The translations under genes were made by a program, and so were the position numbers. A model generated the notes under the pieces. It was not told the origin of the DNA. It searched no databases and saw nothing but the letters and a program-made list of their open reading frames with translations. A DNA stretch of 64,000 bases from a virus. The stretch is taken from the UHGV virus genome UHGV-0037280. One strand, given 5' to 3'. Each line of letters begins with the position of its first letter. Within the stretch, counting starts at the first letter, position 1. Positions 32,271 through 42,851 of this stretch are shown here, piece by piece.

Positions 32271-32735
32271 ATGTTTCTTCATATCAATCCCGATTGGGCA
32301 TCAGCTATTGCGGCATTTGGGTCAGCAATAGCTGCTTTTATTAGTTTGCGCACAAGTAAAAAGCTTGGATTATTCGATAAGGAAAAATTTTATAGTGAAG
32401 CATTGATAAACTTTGCTGATAGGGCAAATAAAATAGCAACAGGAAAAGCTGGATCAGACTGGGATGTTAATGACGCAAGTAATATAATTCTTTCACTAAA
32501 TGCCGCAAAAGAAACTATTGAAAGTGCGCCAAAACCTATTCGAGAGCAACTAAAACAATATTACAAACATAATCTTTGCCATGAGATCATAACCGAATTA
32601 GAGGCTCACTCTCCCCCAGATTCAGTAATTGTAAGAGAACCATCAGAGTATGAAGGCAAGATCATGGGATTGTGGGATGAGATTAAAATATTTCTGGGTT
32701 ATACAGTGGTATCAGAAGCAGACCTTGAAGATTAA
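32271..32735 (+). CDS. AT-rich gene encoding membrane-anchored protein (154 aa)
   Basis: N-terminal hydrophobic helix WASAIAAFGSAIAAFISL; markedly AT-rich codon usage. Confidence 0.5.
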   Translation: MFLHINPDWASAIAAFGSAIAAFISLRTSKKLGLFDKEKFYSEALINFADRANKIATGKAGSDWDVNDASNIILSLNAAKETIESAPKPIREQLKQYYKHNLCHEIITELEAHSPPDSVIVREPSEYEGKIMGLWDEIKIFLGYTVVSEADLED

Positions 32736-32837
32736 AGTTTGGTGTGACCACATCATTTCATCAATGATGCCCGAAGTGGGGAGTTTGACGATTGTCCGGT
32801 GATTTAAGCTGCAAAGTGCTGGTGCTTTATGCTTGTG

Positions 32838-32872
32838 AAGTTTATAATTGTGTACACATAACGAGTACACGA
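32838..32872 (+). promoter_or_regulatory. phd-doc promoter/operator region
   Basis: TATAAT at 32843-32848 followed by GTGTACAC (32850-32857) and GAGTACAC (32864-32870). Confidence 0.55.
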
Positions 32873-32879
32873 GGTGTTT

Positions 32880-33101
32880 ATGCAATCCATTAACTTCCGT
32901 ACCGCACGCGGCAACCTTAGCGAAGTGCTCAATAATGTTGAAGCAGGGGAAGAGGTTGAAATCACCCGCAGAGGCCGTGAATCAGCCGTAATTGTCAGCA
33001 AGGCCACTTTCGAAGCCTATAAAAAAGCGGCGCTGGATGCCGAATTTGCATCCCTGTTTGACACTCTGGACTCCACTAACAAGGAACTGGTTAACCGATA
33101 A
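32880..33101 (+). CDS. phd: Phd antitoxin
   Basis: [73 protein letters not shown] matches P1 Phd as I recall it. Confidence 0.9.
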
Positions 33102-33481
33102 TGAGGCATATATCACCGGAAGAACTTATTGCGCTTCATGATGCGAATATAAGCCGCTACGGCGGCCTGCCGGGCATGTCAGATCCGGGCAGGGCAGAAG
33201 CCATTATCGGGAGAGTTCAGGCCAGAGTTGCCTACGAAGAGATCACCGACCTTTTCGAAGTCTCCGCCACCTACCTGGTGGCTACAGCGAGAGGGCATAT
33301 ATTCAATGATGCCAATAAGCGTACCGCGCTAAACAGTGCGCTGTTATTTCTACGCCGTAACGGGGTGCAGGTATTTGATTCACCTGAACTGGCAGACCTT
33401 ACCGTAGGCGCTGCGACTGGCGAGATATCTGTATCTTCTGTCGCCGACACGTTACGTAGATTGTATGGTTCTGCGGAGTAG
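33101..33481 (+). CDS. doc: Doc toxin (Fic-fold kinase)
   Basis: Start overlaps phd stop; Fic motif [13 protein letters not shown]. Confidence 0.9.
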
Positions 33482-33485
33482 ATTA

Positions 33486-33665
33486 ATGGCACGTAAATAC
33501 AACAAGTTGTCCCGTGAAGCGTTAAAGATGCTTCTTGATGGCGTGAGCCGCCGCAAGGTAAAGCAATACCTGGTTGGTAAGCAAATTGGAGTCAGGACCG
33601 CTATTGCTGTGTTATGCCGTCAGGAAATGGTTGTGCTTAAACAGAGAATGCCGGGCAGCAGATAA
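33486..33665 (+). CDS. Small basic protein downstream of doc
   Basis: ATG 33486; 59 aa. Confidence 0.4.
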   Translation: MARKYNKLSREALKMLLDGVSRRKVKQYLVGKQIGVRTAIAVLCRQEMVVLKQRMPGSR

Positions 33666-33692
33666 AGCCCAATCAGTGATTAAAGGTGTGAT

Positions 33693-34736
33693 GTGAAAGC
33701 CATAATTACTCCCTTTGTACAGAAAGAGCTTGGCCTCGCCACGTTCAAAGTGGATCAGGAGGTCAGAAAGCTGGTGGAGGCTGGCCGTAAATTTATTATG
33801 GAGCCGGTGCCGCGTGAGTTAATCGAGCACATGGAAGACGGCCTCGTTGTTACCGAGCAAACCATGGCAACAAATGAGGCGTTGCAGCCGTTTTTTAACA
33901 GCGATGAACTGTTTCGCCGTATTGGTGGAATTGACTCGCTGGTGGCGTGGTTGCGCAGGAAAGAGGGTCAATGCCAGGCCGCAGATCGTAGTTGGTGTGA
34001 CAACCATATTGTCCACGCTGAACGAGACAATAGCGCGGTGTTGTTGTGCTGGCATCACGATAACCATTACCGGATGCGTGGTTTTAATGAGCTGAAAGAA
34101 ACGCTGCACAATAATCGCGTTAACTGGATACTGGATGTCGCCCGTCAGGAAATGGGCCTTTCAAATAGCCATGATTTAAGTATTCAGGAGCTGTGCTGGT
34201 GGGCTTTCATGCGCAACATGATGCACCTGATGCCGGAAGAAGTCTGCCGCATATCAATAAATAAGATGAAGGCTACTCCGCAGGATAGCGGACCTCTGAA
34301 AGAGGCGGATATTCGCCCGTATGACGATCGCGCTACAGCATATGTTCAGATGATGGAAGAACGCGCCGCGCCGATGCGTGCAAAAGTATGCCCTGTGGAT
34401 GTTGACTCCGACCCAGGTATGGCGCATTTCAAAATACCAAAACTTCAATCGCTAAAATTGCCCGAGTACATGGACTTTGTGGCTTCCCGTCCATGCTGTG
34501 GCTGTGGAGCTGCGGGAGCTGGCGCTCACATTACGCCTTATATCGTTCGTCATAGTCGATTATGCGCGCATGACATTTATGCTATTCCTCTGTGCCAGTC
34601 ATGCCAGCGTGATATTGAGCGTGACCGCGATAATTGGGAGAAGACGCACGGTAGGCTGGCGATGCATCAACGATTGTTCTTTGATTACGCGCTTGGAGTC
34701 GGCGCTATCACAAGTCATTCGTCGAGCGTTAGATAA
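33693..34736 (+). CDS. Cys/His-rich hypothetical protein (347 aa), GTG start
   Basis: Cys clusters [12 protein letters not shown] and CQSCQRD. Confidence 0.55.
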   Translation: MKAIITPFVQKELGLATFKVDQEVRKLVEAGRKFIMEPVPRELIEHMEDGLVVTEQTMATNEALQPFFNSDELFRRIGGIDSLVAWLRRKEGQCQAADRSWCDNHIVHAERDNSAVLLCWHHDNHYRMRGFNELKETLHNNRVNWILDVARQEMGLSNSHDLSIQELCWWAFMRNMMHLMPEEVCRISINKMKATPQDSGPLKEADIRPYDDRATAYVQMMEERAAPMRAKVCPVDVDSDPGMAHFKIPKLQSLKLPEYMDFVASRPCCGCGAAGAGAHITPYIVRHSRLCAHDIYAIPLCQSCQRDIERDRDNWEKTHGRLAMHQRLFFDYALGVGAITSHSSSVR

Positions 34737-34737
34737 A

Positions 34738-34754
34738 ATTGCTCTAATGTATTG
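34738..34754 (+). promoter_or_regulatory. C1 operator (ATTGCTCTAATGTATTG) upstream of lpa-like gene
   Basis: 14/17 match; overlapping second weaker repeat ATTGCTATTTC. Confidence 0.55.
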
Positions 34755-34824
34755 CTATTTCTTTAATCGAGGGTATTATATTCGACGTTGATTAGTTGAC
34801 ATGGGCTAATCAGTAGGTGACAGG

Positions 34825-35277
34825 ATGTTACTTAACTGGCAGGGACGCCACTTCATGGAAATAAATCACTCACGAATAACATCGTACGAGATTGCGGATT
34901 ACATGATCCGCACTAAATCTCTTCTATCAGCGAAAGAACTCGCAGCAATTCTTGAAAAGGAATACCCGCATCTGGATGTCGATAAGCGCGATGTTTATCT
35001 GCGCTTAAAGGCTATCGCTGTGTCTAAGTATTCGTCTGTTTTGATTGATGACAGTACACGCCCACGTAGATTTCAGATCCACTCTCTGAATCCTGAATTC
35101 TTTCGCCGCAGCCGCGCTCCGCGCCGGTTTGATGAAAAACTCCAGAACGAACTCTATATGACGCAGGACGAAAAGGAACGCCGGGAGCACCAGCCTTGGG
35201 TGATGGCGCGTCAACTTTTCAATAAGGTGGTCCGTCAGCACCGTCATTACGGTAATGCCACATCCGCACGTATCTGA
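34825..35277 (+). CDS. lpa: Late promoter activator-like protein
   Basis: Position between doc-proximal genes and pacA; operator-controlled; basic C-terminal region. Confidence 0.55.
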   Translation: MLLNWQGRHFMEINHSRITSYEIADYMIRTKSLLSAKELAAILEKEYPHLDVDKRDVYLRLKAIAVSKYSSVLIDDSTRPRRFQIHSLNPEFFRRSRAPRRFDEKLQNELYMTQDEKERREHQPWVMARQLFNKVVRQHRHYGNATSARI

Positions 35278-35363
35278 TTGATTGCTTGCCCGTTCCGGGC
35301 CTTTTGACATGTGACTTTCGTTACCCTCGCGTCAAAAAGAGTTTTATACGAAAGGAAGCATAA

Positions 35364-36557
35364 GTGACCTGGGACGATCACAAGAAGAATTTTGCTCGCC
35401 TGGCGCGAGATGGTGGTTACACCATCGCACAGTATGCCGCCGAGTTTAATCTTAACCCTAATACCGCACGTCGTTATCTCCGTGCCTTCAAAGAAGACAC
35501 CAGGACAGCGGACAGCCGCAAGCCAAATAAGCCAGTCAGGAAGCCTCTAAAAAGCATGATCATTGATCACGCTAATGATCAACGTGCATGTGATCACATT
35601 GTGGCTGAAATGGCTGAAAAACAAAGAGTTAATGCTGTTGTCAGTGCCGCAGTCGAGAACGCTAAGCGCCAAAATAAGCGCATAAATGATCGTTCTGATG
35701 ATCATGACGTGATCACCCGCGCCCACCGTACCTTACGTGATCGCCTGGAACGCGACACCCTGGATGATGATGGTGAACGCTTTGAATTCGAAGCTGGCGA
35801 TTACCTGATAGATAACGTTGAAGCGCGGAAGGCCGCGCGCGCTATGTTGCGTCGGTCCGGGGCCGATGTTCTGGAAACCACTCTTCTGGAAAAGTCTCTT
35901 TCTCATCTCCTTATGCTGGAGAACGCCAGGGATACGTGTATTCGCCTGGTGCAGGAAATGCGCGATCAGCAAAAAGACGATGATGAAGGTACTCCGCCTG
36001 AATACCGTATCGCGAGCATGCTAAACAGCTGTTCCGCGCAGATAAGCAGCCTGATCAACACCATTTACAGCATCCGGAATAACTATCGAAAAGAAAGCCG
36101 GGAGGCGGAAAAGCACGCTTTATCTATGGGGCAAGCTGGCATTGTTAAGCTGGCATACGAACGAAAGCGTGAAAATAACTGGTCAGTGCTGGAAGCGGCT
36201 GAATTCATCGAGGCGCATGGAGGAAAAGTGCCTCCCCTGATGCTGGAGCAAATCAAAGCCGATCTGCGTGCTCCTAAGACCAATACCGATGATGAGGAAA
36301 ACCAAACAGCCGTCGGTGGCCCTTCTCTTGAAGATCTGGACAAAGTTGCGCGAGAACGGGCCGCCAACCGCCGCGCCGATGCCGCATTGTGGATTGAGCA
36401 GCGTAGGGAAGAAATCGCCGATATCGTTGATACAGGCGGTTATGGAGATGTTGATACTGAAGGTGTATCAAACGACCCATGGCTGGAACAAGACCTGGAC
36501 GAAGACGAGGAGGAAGACGAAGAAGTTACCCGCAAGCTATACGGGGATGATGATTAA
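35364..36557 (+). CDS. pacA: Terminase small subunit PacA (pac-site recognition)
   Basis: GTG start; 397 aa starting [19 protein letters not shown]; contains the pac hexamer cluster; acidic C-terminus. Confidence 0.85.
   Translation: MTWDDHKKNFARLARDGGYTIAQYAAEFNLNPNTARRYLRAFKEDTRTADSRKPNKPVRKPLKSMIIDHANDQRACDHIVAEMAEKQRVNAVVSAAVENAKRQNKRINDRSDDHDVITRAHRTLRDRLERDTLDDDGERFEFEAGDYLIDNVEARKAARAMLRRSGADVLETTLLEKSLSHLLMLENARDTCIRLVQEMRDQQKDDDEGTPPEYRIASMLNSCSAQISSLINTIYSIRNNYRKESREAEKHALSMGQAGIVKLAYERKRENNWSVLEAAEFIEAHGGKVPPLMLEQIKADLRAPKTNTDDEENQTAVGGPSLEDLDKVARERAANRRADAALWIEQRREEIADIVDTGGYGDVDTEGVSNDPWLEQDLDEDEEEDEEVTRKLYGDDD
35557..35717. other. pac packaging site: 7 TGATCA/G hexamers in two clusters (4 + 3)
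   Basis: TGATCA at 35558, 35566, 35577, 35592 and TGATCG/TGATCA at 35687, 35699, 35711; each carries a GATC site. Confidence 0.75.
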
Positions 36558-38041
36558 TGGCCAGAAGTTGCGTAACGGATCCACGTTGGCGCGAGCTGGT
36601 GGCGCTATATCGTTATGACTGGATTGCGGCCGCTGATGTTTTGTTCGGCAAAACACCTACCTGGCAGCAGGATCTGATTATTGAGTCTGTGCAGGAACAG
36701 GGTAGCAAGACATCTGTTTCGTCTGGCCACGGTACCGGGAAATCAGACATGACTTCTATCATGATCATGTTGTTCATAATCATGTATCCCGGTGCCCGCG
36801 CCATTATCGTTGCGAACAAAATTCAGCAGGTAATGACCGGTATATTCAAGTACATCAAGATAAACTGGGCTACTGCCACCAGCCGTTTTCCATGGCTTGC
36901 TGATTATTTTGTTCTGACAGAAACCGCTTTCTATGAGGTTACTGGTAAAGGTGTATGGACTGTAGTACCGAAGGGCTTTCGTCTGGGAAGTGAAGAAGCT
37001 CTCGCCGGTGAACACGCAGATCATCTTCTGTATATTATCGATGAAGCCTCCGGTGTCAGTGATAGAGCTTTCGGTATCATCACCGGTGCTCTTACCGGAC
37101 AGGATAACCGCATCTTATTGCTGTCACAGCCTACACGCCCAAGCGGCTATTTCTACGATACACACCATAAACTGGCCAAGCGTCCTGGTAACCCTGATGG
37201 CGTTTATACGGCGATCACGCTTAACAGTGAGGAATCACCGCTGGTAACGCCAGCATTTATCAAAATGAAGCTGGCGGAGTACGGCGGGCGTGATAACCCT
37301 ATGTACATGATTAAGGTACGCGGCCTATTCCCTAAATCACAGGATGGCTTCCTTCTTGGACGTGATGAGGTTGAACGTGCAACGCGGCGGAAAGTTAAGA
37401 TTGCCAAAGGATGGGGCTGGCTTGCATGTGTGGACGTTGCTGGTGGTACGGGACGGGATAAGTCAGTTATCAATATCATGATGGTGTCCGGCCAGCGAAA
37501 TAAACGCCGTGTAATCAACTATCGTATGCTGGAATACACAGACGTTACAGAAACGCAGCTTGCCGCCAAAATTTTCGCAGAATGCAATCCTGAGCGATTC
37601 CCAAATATCACCATAGCGATAGACGGCGATGGCCTGGGTAAAGCAACGGCGGATCTGATGTACGAGTATTATGGTATTACCGTACAGCGTATACGCTGGG
37701 GTAAAAAGATGCATAGCCGTGAAGATAAGAGCCTGTACTTTGATAAACGTGCTTATGCCAACGTTCAAGCCGCAGAGGCCGTAAAATCTGGTCGTATGAG
37801 ACTGGATAAGGGTAATGAAACTATTGAGGAAGCGTCGAAAATCCCTGTAGGGATTAACTCCGCAGGTCAATGGCGGGTGATGACTAAGGAAGACATGAAG
37901 AAAAAGCTCAACCTGCACTCACCAGACCATTGGGATACATATTGTTTCGCTATGCTGGCGGATTATGTTCCCCAGGATGAGGTGCTAAGCGTCGAAGACG
38001 AAGCGCAGGTTGATGAAGCTCTGGCATGGCTTAATGAATAA
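36557..38041 (+). CDS. pacB: Terminase large subunit PacB
   Basis: 494 aa; Walker A-like GHGTGKSD; directly follows pacA. Confidence 0.85.
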   Translation: MARSCVTDPRWRELVALYRYDWIAAADVLFGKTPTWQQDLIIESVQEQGSKTSVSSGHGTGKSDMTSIMIMLFIIMYPGARAIIVANKIQQVMTGIFKYIKINWATATSRFPWLADYFVLTETAFYEVTGKGVWTVVPKGFRLGSEEALAGEHADHLLYIIDEASGVSDRAFGIITGALTGQDNRILLLSQPTRPSGYFYDTHHKLAKRPGNPDGVYTAITLNSEESPLVTPAFIKMKLAEYGGRDNPMYMIKVRGLFPKSQDGFLLGRDEVERATRRKVKIAKGWGWLACVDVAGGTGRDKSVINIMMVSGQRNKRRVINYRMLEYTDVTETQLAAKIFAECNPERFPNITIAIDGDGLGKATADLMYEYYGITVQRIRWGKKMHSREDKSLYFDKRAYANVQAAEAVKSGRMRLDKGNETIEEASKIPVGINSAGQWRVMTKEDMKKKLNLHSPDHWDTYCFAMLADYVPQDEVLSVEDEAQVDEALAWLNE

Positions 38042-38043
38042 AC

Positions 38044-38060
38044 ACTTGCTCTAATAAATT
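38044..38060 (+). promoter_or_regulatory. C1 operator (ACTTGCTCTAATAAATT) upstream of icd-ant module 1
   Basis: 15/17 match immediately after pacB stop. Confidence 0.55.
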
Positions 38061-38190
38061 GTGATTTTTGACTGCCGATGTTACATTGAACCTGACATCT
38101 TGCGCCTTGAGGCATTTTCGGTTTATGCTTATCAGGCACCTCATTAAAACGGGTGCCGGGATTGAGACCCCGGATAATGTCAAAGGCGAC

Positions 38191-38216
38191 ACAGACGCCG
38201 AAAGCGTCTTTTTTTT
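38191..38216 (+). terminator. Intrinsic terminator (stem gacgc/gcgtc, T8)
   Basis: gacgc cgaaa gcgtc followed by tttttttt. Confidence 0.55.
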
Positions 38217-38265
38217 GTGTCATGCCATCGCACAGCCATACGTAGCGTTTAGCTCAGAGATCAAT

Positions 38266-38345
38266 GGTAGTGCTGGCTGGGCTGCCGAAAGGCAGGCCGG
38301 TTCCCTTTGACGCCGGTAGTCTCAACCCAGTCAGTGCTACCGCCA
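38266..38345 (+). ncRNA. Candidate c4-like antisense RNA of immunity module 1 (tRNA-like end ACCGCCA)
   Basis: 10-bp terminal stem ggtagtgctg/cagtgctacc followed by GCCA; internal cctttgac (38304-38311) is perfectly complementary to gtcaaagg (38383-38390) overlapping the icd SD. Confidence 0.4.
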
Positions 38346-38401
38346 TTGAGATTGAGACCTCACGCGGTAGCTCCTTAACTTAGTCAAAGGAGGCTGCCAT
38401 T

Positions 38402-38623
38402 ATGGCTACTATCCCTACCCCAACTCATCCTGAATTTATCTGGCGCTTTTACTCCTGCCAGAAACGTCACTATCACTTCGTTATCGCAACAACAGAAGAT
38501 GAGGCACGTTCTCAGCTTCCGGATGCTCCCTGCATTTTCTCCGCACGCTTTTCTACTGACTCGCGCAATTCTCTCAGTTACTGGTGCCTCCCTGTTAACG
38601 CTTCTGTTCAGGAGGGGCTATGA
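38402..38623 (+). CDS. icd: Icd-like small protein (73 aa)
   Basis: 73 aa, start 11 nt after AAGGAGG, stop overlaps ant start; layout as in P1 immI. Confidence 0.55.
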   Translation: MATIPTPTHPEFIWRFYSCQKRHYHFVIATTEDEARSQLPDAPCIFSARFSTDSRNSLSYWCLPVNASVQEGL

Positions 38624-39732
38624 GAACGTCATTAGTCACCCGTGAAGAGATGATCGAGGCAATTGAACAGCACACAATCTGTATCAGCACCAGGGATATT
38701 CCCGGTGTTATAGCCAATTACTTCATGATCACCAAACAACTCTACAGGAGAAAGGACAAGAACGCGGTTCACCGTATCCTGCTGTCTGATATCCGCGAAT
38801 ACCTGCTCGAACAGGGGCATCTGAATTACGCAACCGTCGCAGCCGAAACACGCAAGGAGGCACACAGAATGAAAGCTACTAACGTTAAATCAGAAAAAGT
38901 TCATGCACCTTCAGTTCAGGAATCAGAGCTGGTGGTTGTTCAAAATCAGCCTGATGAAATTCCCGTTCTGGAATGGCAGGGAGTACGCGTCGTAACGACC
39001 GAAACTCTTGCTAAGGGGTATGGAACCGAAACTAATAACATCAAAGTTAACTATACGCGTAATGCTGATCGCTTTGAGGAAGGTAAACATTACTTTCTAC
39101 TAACTGGTTCAAAATTAAGAGAATTGAAGGACAAGGTTACTCAAAGTAACTTAGTCGCACCGCGAGCAAAGCACCTCACTCTCTGGACGGAGCGTGGCGC
39201 AGCCCGCCACGCTAAAATGCTCGAAACCGATCAGGCATGGGCATTCTTTGAAAAACTGGAAGACAGCTACTTCCGGCAAAAAGAACAGCAACCGGTTGCA
39301 ATCCCCCAGACGCTTCCAGAAGCTCTGCGCCTGGCTGCCGAGTTGGCTGAACAAAAGCAGCTACTGGAACAGAAGGCCCACCAGCTAAATCAACAACTGG
39401 TGGCCGCAGCCCCCAAGGTCGATTTTGCCGACCGGGTATCAGTAGCTAAAGGGATCCTGATTGGGAATTTTGCAAAGGTTGTTGGACTTAAGCAAAACGC
39501 GCTGTTTGCCTGGTTACGGGAGAACGGCATCCTGATTGCGTCCGGCGGACGTAAAAATGTGCCGTTCCAGCAGTACATCACCGCGGGGTATTTCACGGTG
39601 AAAGAAGTGGTGCTGGATGATGAAGATGGCTACCAGATACGGTTGACGCCTCAATTAACGGGTAAAGGCCAGCAGTGGTTAACTCGCAAGCTACTTGATG
39701 CTGGCTTGTTAAAACCGGTGGCGGCTGAATAA
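38620..39732 (+). CDS. ant: Antirepressor Ant (Bro-N/ORF6N-like centre + KilA-C-like C-terminal domain)
   Basis: 370 aa; C-terminal VDFADRVSVAKGILIGNFAKVVGLKQNALFAWLRENGIL typical of phage antirepressor C-domain. Confidence 0.7.
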   Translation: MRTSLVTREEMIEAIEQHTICISTRDIPGVIANYFMITKQLYRRKDKNAVHRILLSDIREYLLEQGHLNYATVAAETRKEAHRMKATNVKSEKVHAPSVQESELVVVQNQPDEIPVLEWQGVRVVTTETLAKGYGTETNNIKVNYTRNADRFEEGKHYFLLTGSKLRELKDKVTQSNLVAPRAKHLTLWTERGAARHAKMLETDQAWAFFEKLEDSYFRQKEQQPVAIPQTLPEALRLAAELAEQKQLLEQKAHQLNQQLVAAAPKVDFADRVSVAKGILIGNFAKVVGLKQNALFAWLRENGILIASGGRKNVPFQQYITAGYFTVKEVVLDDEDGYQIRLTPQLTGKGQQWLTRKLLDAGLLKPVAAE

Positions 39733-39764
39733 TGGAAGAATGCCCGGTTGATGCCGGGCATAAT

Positions 39765-40616
39765 TTATTGCGCGCTTTCGGGGTTGTCGTTTACTGGCTG
39801 CCCCTTCTTGGTTTTACGGCTGCGCGTAACTGATGCGGCTGACTTAACCTTTTTCTCTTCGCGAGTGATGGCAATTTGTTTTTTTACATTTTCAATATCT
39901 GCCAGGCGATATATTTTTGCTTGCGGCCAGCGGTCGCAGATGATCGGTTCTATGGAGTCATAAAGGCTAAATTTTGCTTTTTCGAATTCACCGTTGATGA
40001 TAATTCCATCACGGAGAGTTTCATCGCAGATAAACACGCCACACAGTGGCACATGGTAACTAACTGATTTACCATCATTGTAGTTAGGGCTACTGGAAAT
40101 GTAGTGGACGCGCAGCATTGTTTCGCTAAAGCCGTGTACGCGCATACGGAATTTTTCATCCTCCGGGTACTGCTTCATTAGCTCTTTTGTTGCTTCCAGG
40201 TTCTCTATGTATTTCGCACTGTGCTCATTGATCCCCGCGCTTTTCTGGATGCGAATGTCCTTATCAATCAGATGAATAATGCGGCCAGCGGTCATGTTGA
40301 CGCTGTTCACAGCTTCTGTCTGATAAGTTGTAACCTTACGCACACCGCGAAGGATGTTAGGCACTGGATATAAAATAGTCTTTGGGATATTGAGGTCTGG
40401 GTACTGTTCCAGTTCCCGCGCCATTAAAGTCCATTTATCAATTTCAGCCTGAATGCTGTCCGTTTCTTTGAACGGCAGAACGACAACCGGGCGAACAGGA
40501 CGACCGTCGCTGGCGGCATCAACGTGTTGGGCGCGTGCAACAGCTTTTTTTAGAAAGAGATCCCTGAAGCTGACGAACTCCTGGTACAGTTGTTCGCCGT
40601 AGACATAATTTATCAT
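39765..40616 (-). CDS. c1: C1 repressor of lytic functions
   Basis: 283 aa starting MINYVYGEQLYQEFVSFRDLFLKK; coi immediately upstream; operators nearby. Confidence 0.9.
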   Translation of the reverse strand: MINYVYGEQLYQEFVSFRDLFLKKAVARAQHVDAASDGRPVRPVVVLPFKETDSIQAEIDKWTLMARELEQYPDLNIPKTILYPVPNILRGVRKVTTYQTEAVNSVNMTAGRIIHLIDKDIRIQKSAGINEHSAKYIENLEATKELMKQYPEDEKFRMRVHGFSETMLRVHYISSSPNYNDGKSVSYHVPLCGVFICDETLRDGIIINGEFEKAKFSLYDSIEPIICDRWPQAKIYRLADIENVKKQIAITREEKKVKSAASVTRSRKTKKGQPVNDNPESAQ

Positions 40617-40710
40617 TGATCCTCCTCCAGAATTGACATGGCCAACAACTCACAGCGGATTACACTGGGAGTTGTTGGCCACCATTATAGAAGGATCCAA
40701 CGAAAATAAT

Positions 40711-40727
40711 AGATTTATTAGTGCATT
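40711..40727 (-). promoter_or_regulatory. C1 operator-like site between coi and c1 (14/17)
   Basis: agatttattagtgcatt is the reverse complement of AATGCACTAATAAATCT. Confidence 0.5.
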
Positions 40728-40936
40728 TATTGTGAGTCTGGCTGGTTAGTGGCCATGAGATATTCGATTGTGTCAGTGAGATCATCCAGGTCGTCTTGGG
40801 TGATGCGGTACTCCTGATTGGATATCTTTGAGTAGTGTTCAGCAATGGCGCGGGCAGCGTCGGTTTCGGCGGGGTCTACAGATAAAGCGTTAGAGCAATG
40901 TCTAACGTCGTCGATGGTTGGTGGAATGAAAGCCAT
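40727..40936 (-). CDS. coi: Coi, C1 inactivator
   Basis: 69 aa acidic protein directly upstream of c1 on same strand. Confidence 0.75.
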   Translation of the reverse strand: MAFIPPTIDDVRHCSNALSVDPAETDAARAIAEHYSKISNQEYRITQDDLDDLTDTIEYLMATNQPDSQ

Positions 40937-41174
40937 AATTATGCCTCACTGTATTGACAACACAGAGCCTGAAGCTCTGACCTACTGTTTCACCCATGAT
41001 CCATGCTGGGGTAATCTAACAACATTGCGCTGTGTGTAAGATGAGCAATGCATAGCTGTAATGCCGTTGTATAAGGTTTCCCTGTTTGCTCATTTCCTTC
41101 TGAGCCGCTCTACAACGCTGAAGACACATTAAATAGTGAATCCAAAGTCGTATTACGAAACGGCGGCAAAACTA

Positions 41175-41191
41175 TAATTTATTAGAGCAAT
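41175..41191 (-). promoter_or_regulatory. C1 operator (reverse complement ATTGCTCTAATAAATTA)
   Basis: 16/17 match; part of operator cluster upstream of coi-c1. Confidence 0.6.
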
Positions 41192-41257
41192 TGTCAAACA
41201 ACTATGAAAAACAATCCAGTTTTTGGCTGGTGGAGTGGGATTTTTCTCTCAAAATTT

Positions 41258-41274
41258 ATTGCTCTAATAATTCT
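41258..41274 (+). promoter_or_regulatory. C1 operator (ATTGCTCTAATAATTCT)
   Basis: 14/17 match; 44 bp from loxP. Confidence 0.55.
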
Positions 41275-41317
41275 TGATTTTTATGCGCAGCTGGACGTAA
41301 ACTCCTCTTCAGACCTA

Positions 41318-41351
41318 ATAACTTCGTATAGCATACATTATACGAAGTTAT
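41318..41351 (+). other. loxP site (34 bp)
   Basis: Exact ATAACTTCGTATA GCATACAT TATACGAAGTTAT. Confidence 0.95.
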
Positions 41352-41540
41352 CTTAAGGGTTATTGAACATGATTAATTTACCTGTAAATCCATACAGTTC
41401 AATACCTTATCAGGTCAAATAGTGATCACTTGATCATTTGATCAAGGTTGCGCTACGTAAAATCTGCGAAATGTTGGCAGTGTTAGTGCTCCAGATTTCG
41501 CGTAGCGCACTTAGCACCACCAATCAATCAGAGGTGAAAA

Positions 41541-41762
41541 ATGGGATATTCAGCTGCTAAAGTGTCCACTCATATTGAGCTTGAGAAAAACCGTGGTTAC
41601 TGGCGGGCAAAAGGGTTTGATCGTGATAGTTGTCAACTGTCATTATCGCGCGGTGAAGAGAAAATAGAACGCACGCGCGGTCGCTGGCGTTTCTATGACG
41701 AGAACCATAAACAGGTAAAGGCAGAGCCGATCCTGTACACTTTACTTAAAACCATTATCTGA
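41541..41762 (+). CDS. Small ORF upstream of cre (73 aa)
   Basis: ORF track; precedes cre by 8 nt. Confidence 0.35.
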   Translation: MGYSAAKVSTHIELEKNRGYWRAKGFDRDSCQLSLSRGEEKIERTRGRWRFYDENHKQVKAEPILYTLLKTII

Positions 41763-41769
41763 GTGTTAA

Positions 41770-42801
41770 ATGTCCAATTTACTGACCGTACACCAAAATT
41801 TGCCTGCATTACCGGTCGATGCAACGAGTGATGAGGTTCGCAAGAACCTGATGGACATGTTCAGGGATCGCCAGGCGTTTTCTGAGCATACCTGGAAAAT
41901 GCTTCTGTCCGTTTGCCGGTCGTGGGCGGCATGGTGCAAGTTGAATAACCGGAAATGGTTTCCCGCAGAACCTGAAGATGTTCGCGATTATCTTCTATAT
42001 CTTCAGGCGCGCGGTCTGGCAGTAAAAACTATCCAGCAACATTTGGGCCAGCTAAACATGCTTCATCGTCGGTCCGGGCTGCCACGACCAAGTGACAGTA
42101 ATGCTGTTTCACTGGTCATGCGACGGATCCGAAAAGAAAACGTTGATGCCGGTGAACGTGCAAAACAGGCACTGGCGTTCGAACGCACTGATTTCGACCA
42201 GGTTCGTTCACTCATGGAAAATAGCGATCGCTGCCAGGATATACGTAATCTGGCATTTCTGGGGATTGCTTATAACACCCTGTTACGTATAGCCGAAATT
42301 TCCAGGATCAGGGTTAAAGATATCTCACGTACTGACGGTGGGAGAATGTTAATCCATATTGGCAGAACGAAAACGCTGGTTAGCACCGCTGGTGTAGAGA
42401 AGGCACTTAGCCTGGGGGTAACTAAACTGGTTGAGCGATGGATTTCTGTCTCTGGTGTAGCTGATGATCCGAATAACTACCTGTTTTGCCGCGTCAGAAA
42501 AAATGGTGTTGCCGCTCCATCATCCACCAGCCAGCTATCAACTCGCGCCCTGGAAGGGATTTTTGAAGCAACTCACCGATTGATTTACGGGGCAAAAGAT
42601 GACTCTGGTCAGCGATACCTGGCCTGGTCTGGACATAGTGCCCGTGTCGGTGCCGCGCGAGATATGGCCCGAGCCGGAGTTTCTATACCGGAGATCATGC
42701 AAGCTGGTGGCTGGACCAACGTAAATATTGTCATGAACTACATTCGTAACCTGGATAGTGAAACGGGGGCAATGGTGCGCCTGCTGGAAGATGGCGATTA
42801 G
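41770..42801 (+). CDS. cre: Cre tyrosine recombinase
   Basis: 343 aa starting MSNLLTVHQNLPALPVDATSDEVRKNLMDMFRDRQAFSEHTWKMLLSVCRSWAAWCKLNNRKWFPAEPEDVRDYLLYLQARGLAVKTIQQHLGQLNMLHRR; adjacent loxP. Confidence 0.95.
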   Translation: MSNLLTVHQNLPALPVDATSDEVRKNLMDMFRDRQAFSEHTWKMLLSVCRSWAAWCKLNNRKWFPAEPEDVRDYLLYLQARGLAVKTIQQHLGQLNMLHRRSGLPRPSDSNAVSLVMRRIRKENVDAGERAKQALAFERTDFDQVRSLMENSDRCQDIRNLAFLGIAYNTLLRIAEISRIRVKDISRTDGGRMLIHIGRTKTLVSTAGVEKALSLGVTKLVERWISVSGVADDPNNYLFCRVRKNGVAAPSSTSQLSTRALEGIFEATHRLIYGAKDDSGQRYLAWSGHSARVGAARDMARAGVSIPEIMQAGGWTNVNIVMNYIRNLDSETGAMVRLLEDGD

Positions 42802-42818
42802 CCGTTCATTTGCTCTTT

Positions 42819-42835
42819 ATTGCTCTAATTATTTG
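42819..42835 (+). promoter_or_regulatory. C1 operator (ATTGCTCTAATTATTTG)
   Basis: 14/17 match between cre stop and next gene. Confidence 0.5.
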
Positions 42836-42851
42836 ATATTTATGGTTACAC

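Noticed and set aside
38061-38190. Sigma70 promoter immediately downstream of the operator at 38044 driving icd-ant
   Set aside because: No convincing -35/-10 pair at correct spacing found by eye, and an intrinsic terminator lies between this region and the c4-like candidate; promoter location left unresolved.
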